Shown here one piece after another: positions 60,625-64,000 of a stretch of 64,000 bases of DNA. The stretch spans positions 96,001 to 160,000 of the forward strand of contig CAVUKB010000006.1 in assembly GCA_963741955.1 (NCBI GenBank). Direction: 5' to 3'. The stretch is from an uncultured Acidobacteriota bacterium (GTDB lineage: Bacteria; Acidobacteriota; Thermoanaerobaculia; Gp7-AA8). The notes below the pieces were generated by a model. The model did not search any database, was not told the origin of the DNA, and worked only from the letters and a program-made list of their open reading frames with translations. A program made the position numbers and the translations under genes. The first letter of the stretch is position 1. Every line of letters begins with the position of its first letter.

Positions 60625-61316
60625 AAGAACACCTCTCTTCCTTTTGGCGGGATGAAGCGTGGGTCGGACGCGTGAAATCCGAGCCGGCCGACGAGCGAAT
60701 CCACGTATTCGTCGGCCGCTTCCGCAGGTGTGATTCCGGTGGCGGCCGCTCGTGCCTCGAGCATGCGCCGGACGCACAGGACCGTAGCGCGTCGTCGGGC
60801 CGTCTTCTCCAGAGTCTCGCGGGTCATCGCGACGAAGTCTTTGGCCAGATAGGCTTCCAACTGCTCGCGCGTACCGTATGCCGGAATGATCGCCTCGAAC
60901 TGAGCGAGAGTCATCACCCGAGACAGTTTTGCCTCCCAGACAGCACGCGGCTCTTCTCCCTTCAGAACCCGAAGTACCGCCTCGGGAACGATACGTTGCT
61001 CCGCCGCGGCGCGTGCGATCGTAGCCTCGTCGAGCGTCCCTTTGGCCAGAAAACTCGGAAGATCCCCGCGTGCTATGGAACAGCCGATGTCGCGACCGGC
61101 CTCGTCGATCACGATCTGCAACATGAGCCGCGTGAAGTTGCTCTCTTCGCACCTCGCAAGCCGCTCGGAATCGAGGTCATCCGCAAACGTACAAGCGATT
61201 CGGGCCGAGCGTATTTCGTGTCGCCCCAGGGAGGCGACGATTTGTGATGGCGCCGCCACACTCTGAAAGTTCGCGGCCACCACCAGCAGCGCTGGGATGA
61301 TGGATCTACGGCGCAA
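60621..61316 (-). CDS. Secreted hypothetical protein (possibly SurA N-domain-like)
   Basis: Signal peptide, IVASLGRHEI, helical, overlaps neighbours. Confidence 0.6.
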   Translation of the reverse strand: MRRRSIIPALLVVAANFQSVAAPSQIVASLGRHEIRSARIACTFADDLDSERLARCEESNFTRLMLQIVIDEAGRDIGCSIARGDLPSFLAKGTLDEATIARAAAEQRIVPEAVLRVLKGEEPRAVWEAKLSRVMTLAQFEAIIPAYGTREQLEAYLAKDFVAMTRETLEKTARRRATVLCVRRMLEARAAATGITPAEAADEYVDSLVGRLGFHASDPRFIPPKGREVFF

Positions 61317-62268
61317 TGGTCACCTCATGTCCGTCGAGGATCGTGATGACAAGAAATGCACGACCGAACACGCCGATGTCGTCGACGAAGACAGTGGCAT
61401 TCGGCTCTCCGCCCCTGGCGAACGTGTTCGGGTCGTAGCAGACGGTTCCTCCATATGAGGACGTTGCGGGGCAGGGGTAGGCCTGCCAACGGTCCGCGAC
61501 GTCGGGAGCAGAGACACTATACGTCGCTCCCTCGATCCGGGCGGTCGGACCTTGCGCAGCGGCGATCAGCCGCTGTCGAGCCGAGCGATGCTGGTGTTCC
61601 CCGTTCCGGTCGTGTACCGTCTGGACGTCATAGACAGTATGCACGAGATTTGCCGTGACGGTATTCGTCCATTCTCCATACTCCTGAACAGGCTCTTCGC
61701 CGACTTTTGGAACCGTCCAGACGGCGTGGAGGAGCGTTTCTCCCGAGCGTTGAATCATGATCCGCGACACACTCATGTCGGCGGTCATGGTTTGTCCAAG
61801 CGCATCCCGCACGCGGAACGAAACCATCGTGAGTCCAAGCGGAAACTCGTCTACGGGCGGCAGGGCGACCAACGTGCTTGCTGCAAGTCCGCCGTTCCTC
61901 AGAGATCCACCGATGAGCAGATCCATCGACGTGACGTCTGAGCTGATCTCCAGCCTCACGACGGGTCTGTAGATATCGTAGTCGGAAACGGAGACGATGC
62001 TGACTTGGGGAGGCGGATCTACGACCGTACCAGTTCCGCTTCCGCCACCACCACCCGGTGGATAGTATGGAGCGGAGACGTCACAGTAACCGACCACGAT
62101 CCACTCGTACTCGAAGTGGCAGTTCGTTTCACCGGTCGTGTGATACGTGACGCAGATCTCCGTTCGCATCAGCAAGGTTGTTTCACCACAGGTCGCTCGA
62201 ACGCTCGTAGCGGCGGCGAGCGCGAGCAGAATGATCACCAGGGAGATACTAATCGAATGCCGCGTCAT
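61306..62268 (-). CDS. Secreted hypothetical protein with Cys-rich N-domain and Gly linker
   Basis: GGAGG RBS, signal peptide ending VRA, 4 Cys, PGGGGGSGTG linker, beta-rich remainder. Confidence 0.7.
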   Translation of the reverse strand: MTRHSISISLVIILLALAAATSVRATCGETTLLMRTEICVTYHTTGETNCHFEYEWIVVGYCDVSAPYYPPGGGGGSGTGTVVDPPPQVSIVSVSDYDIYRPVVRLEISSDVTSMDLLIGGSLRNGGLAASTLVALPPVDEFPLGLTMVSFRVRDALGQTMTADMSVSRIMIQRSGETLLHAVWTVPKVGEEPVQEYGEWTNTVTANLVHTVYDVQTVHDRNGEHQHRSARQRLIAAAQGPTARIEGATYSVSAPDVADRWQAYPCPATSSYGGTVCYDPNTFARGGEPNATVFVDDIGVFGRAFLVITILDGHEVTIAP

Positions 62269-62544
62269 ATTGCCCTCCGCTACCAGGGGGTCGCTCCAGG
62301 CCACCAGCACGGGTGGGATCATGGAATCGAATGTCGTGATCGAGTCAAAGCAGTCGTGACGACGGGCTGCCGTCGTCCCAAGACATGGGTCTTGTGAGTC
62401 CGTACGGGAACGCGGGCGCGGGACCGAGGAACAGATCGAATCTGTTGCGAGGTGCGACCTCGATCACCTCAACAAAAGTATTGTGCCCGTAGAGCGATGG
62501 GGCAACCACGAACACTTGGTACGAGCTGCTATTGTTTGGTGTGA

Positions 62545-62642
62545 GCTGCCATTCTCGGAATGGGGTCGGGAAGAATGTGAGTGGCAAGAATGGGGTCCTG
62601 AGCGGCAAGAATGGAGTCAAGCGGCAAGAATGGGATCAGACC
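62545..62642. repeat. Cluster of ~5 short (GGCAA)GAATGGGGTC-type repeats upstream of RAYT
   Basis: GAATGGGGTC, GAATGTGAGT, GGCAAGAATGGGGTC, GGCAAGAATGGAGTC, GGCAAGAATGGGATC. Confidence 0.75.
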
Positions 62643-62779
62643 TTCGCTTCTCTGTGGACTCGCCTAAGCCGCTGAGTCACAAATGCTTCCCTCGTCTCTT
62701 CATTCGTGGATGTTGGCAGACTCACCGCCACACCACGCTCGACTGATGACGCGACTCCGCATCCGTCGGAGCGTACCGA

Positions 62780-63336
62780 TTCTACAACGGCACATATGCG
62801 CTGTGGTACAACCGCCGGTACAAGCGCGTCGGCACCTCCTGCAGGGACGGTTCAGCAGCTTTCTGATCGAGAAGGAGACGTACCTCGCGGAAGTAATGCG
62901 GTACGTCGTGCTGAATCCCGTTCGTGCGAAGATGGTCGAACTGCCGGAGCAGTACCGCTGGTCGAGCTACCGCGCAATGGAAGGTTTCGAGCCCGCGCCC
63001 GAGTGGCTCTGCCTCGACTGGATGCTCCGCCGCGGTGCGACTCGAGACGAAACGCAGGAGAACTACCGCGCGTTCGTCTACGAGAAGCTCCACGACCAAA
63101 CCCGCCTCTGGGACAAGCTCGTGAACCAGATCTACCTGGGCAGCGAGCCGTGGGGCGAGAAAATGCGCGCGATCGTCGAAGCGAAACCGCGGAGCGATGA
63201 GCATCCGAAGACGCAGCGCACGGTCGGTCGCGCGAAGCTCGGCAAAGTCGTCGACACGGTCGCCTCGGTGTTCGACATCGATCAGCGCGACATCCGCCAC
63301 GGTCGCGGCGGCGCGGCGCAAATGCTGACCGCCTAG
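62780..63336 (+). pseudogene. REP-associated tyrosine transposase (RAYT) remnant
   Basis: NGTYALWYNRRYKRVG / HLLQGRF (frameshift ~62832), RYVVLNPVRA, YRWSSY; HUH part missing; 3' end cut by IS630. Confidence 0.8.
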
Positions 63337-64000
63337 TGTAGTGTTACAGAAATAACTAGACTTATGACGCGGAATGCGCGACAATAAGTCATGCGCGTCG
63401 CACCGAAAATTGAGTTGGATGCTGAAGCCACTGCTGCACTGGAACGCCTGGCGCGGGGCCGACGGACCGAGGTCCGGGTTGTGCTGCGCGCAAGGATCAT
63501 ACTGCTCGCTGCAAAAGGGCTGGAGAATGCTGTAATCGCCGCCCGGGTCAAGACCTCTCGAGCGACGGTGGGACTCTGGCGTGAGCGGTATGCCCGAGGG
63601 GGCATCCCCGCGATCCTTAAGGATGCGACGCGTCCGGGACGGCCGAGACAGAATCGGGCGAGGATCGAACTCGAGGTGATCCGGTTGACCACGCAGACAG
63701 TCCCGGAAAACGCCACGCACTGGACGACCCGAACGTTGGCGGCAAGGCTGGGAGTTGATCATGTTTTCGTACACAGGGTCTGGCGTGCGCACGGGCTTCA
63801 ACCTCACCGGGTCAGAACATTCAAGCTCAGCAACGATCCGAAATTTGTGGAGAAGCTCACGGATGTGGTGGGACTCTATCTCAACCCTCCCGACCACGCG
63901 ATCGTCCTCTGCGCTGACGAGAAGTCGCAGATTCAGGCGCTCGACCGCACGCAACCGGGTCTTCCGATCAAGCGTGGACGATGCGGGACGATGACTCACG
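63334..64000 (+). mobile_element. IS630-family element; transposase from 63391 runs off window
   Basis: TAGTGTAGTGTTACAGAAATAA end; RARIILL, RPGRP, THWTTR, FKLSNDPKFVEK, LCADEKSQIQALDRTQP. Confidence 0.92.

Noticed and set aside
62345-62620. 91-aa minus-strand ORF
   Set aside because: N-terminus is made of REP repeats; at most a gene fragment
1-64000. tRNA/rRNA genes or prophage
   Set aside because: No recognisable cloverleaf, rRNA sequence or phage structural genes seen by eye

Overview
GC-rich bacterial chromosome segment. Gene content and style suggest Acidobacteriota, possibly Thermoanaerobaculia; this is inference. A housekeeping backbone (hbd, uvrD/pcrA, tatA, rfbD, tlyA, dxs, ispA, xseAB, mlaEF, alr, dGTPase, HU, rsmB, fmt) is interrupted by many small mobile and repeat elements. 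These include two homologous tandem arrays of ~232-241 bp hairpin-ended (REPIN-like) units in opposite orientation, two other REP-like families, and two CTAG-targeting MITE families that sit back-to-back at two loci. A decayed IS cluster (IS4/IS110 chimera with a putative 3' bridge-RNA region, ISL3, RAYT, IS630) surrounds three secreted-protein genes. Other notable loci are an AcrB-type RND pump fused in frame to a TolC-like protein through an internal signal-peptide-like linker, a C5-MTase/Vsr/putative restriction endonuclease cassette, an iodotyrosine deiodinase-like gene convergent with a SulP-STAS-cNMP transporter, a Zn-ribbon histidine-kinase-like protein lacking its His, and an unnamed extracellular domain shared by two secreted proteins. 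All family calls come from motif recognition by eye; no database searches were run, and start codons are best estimates.
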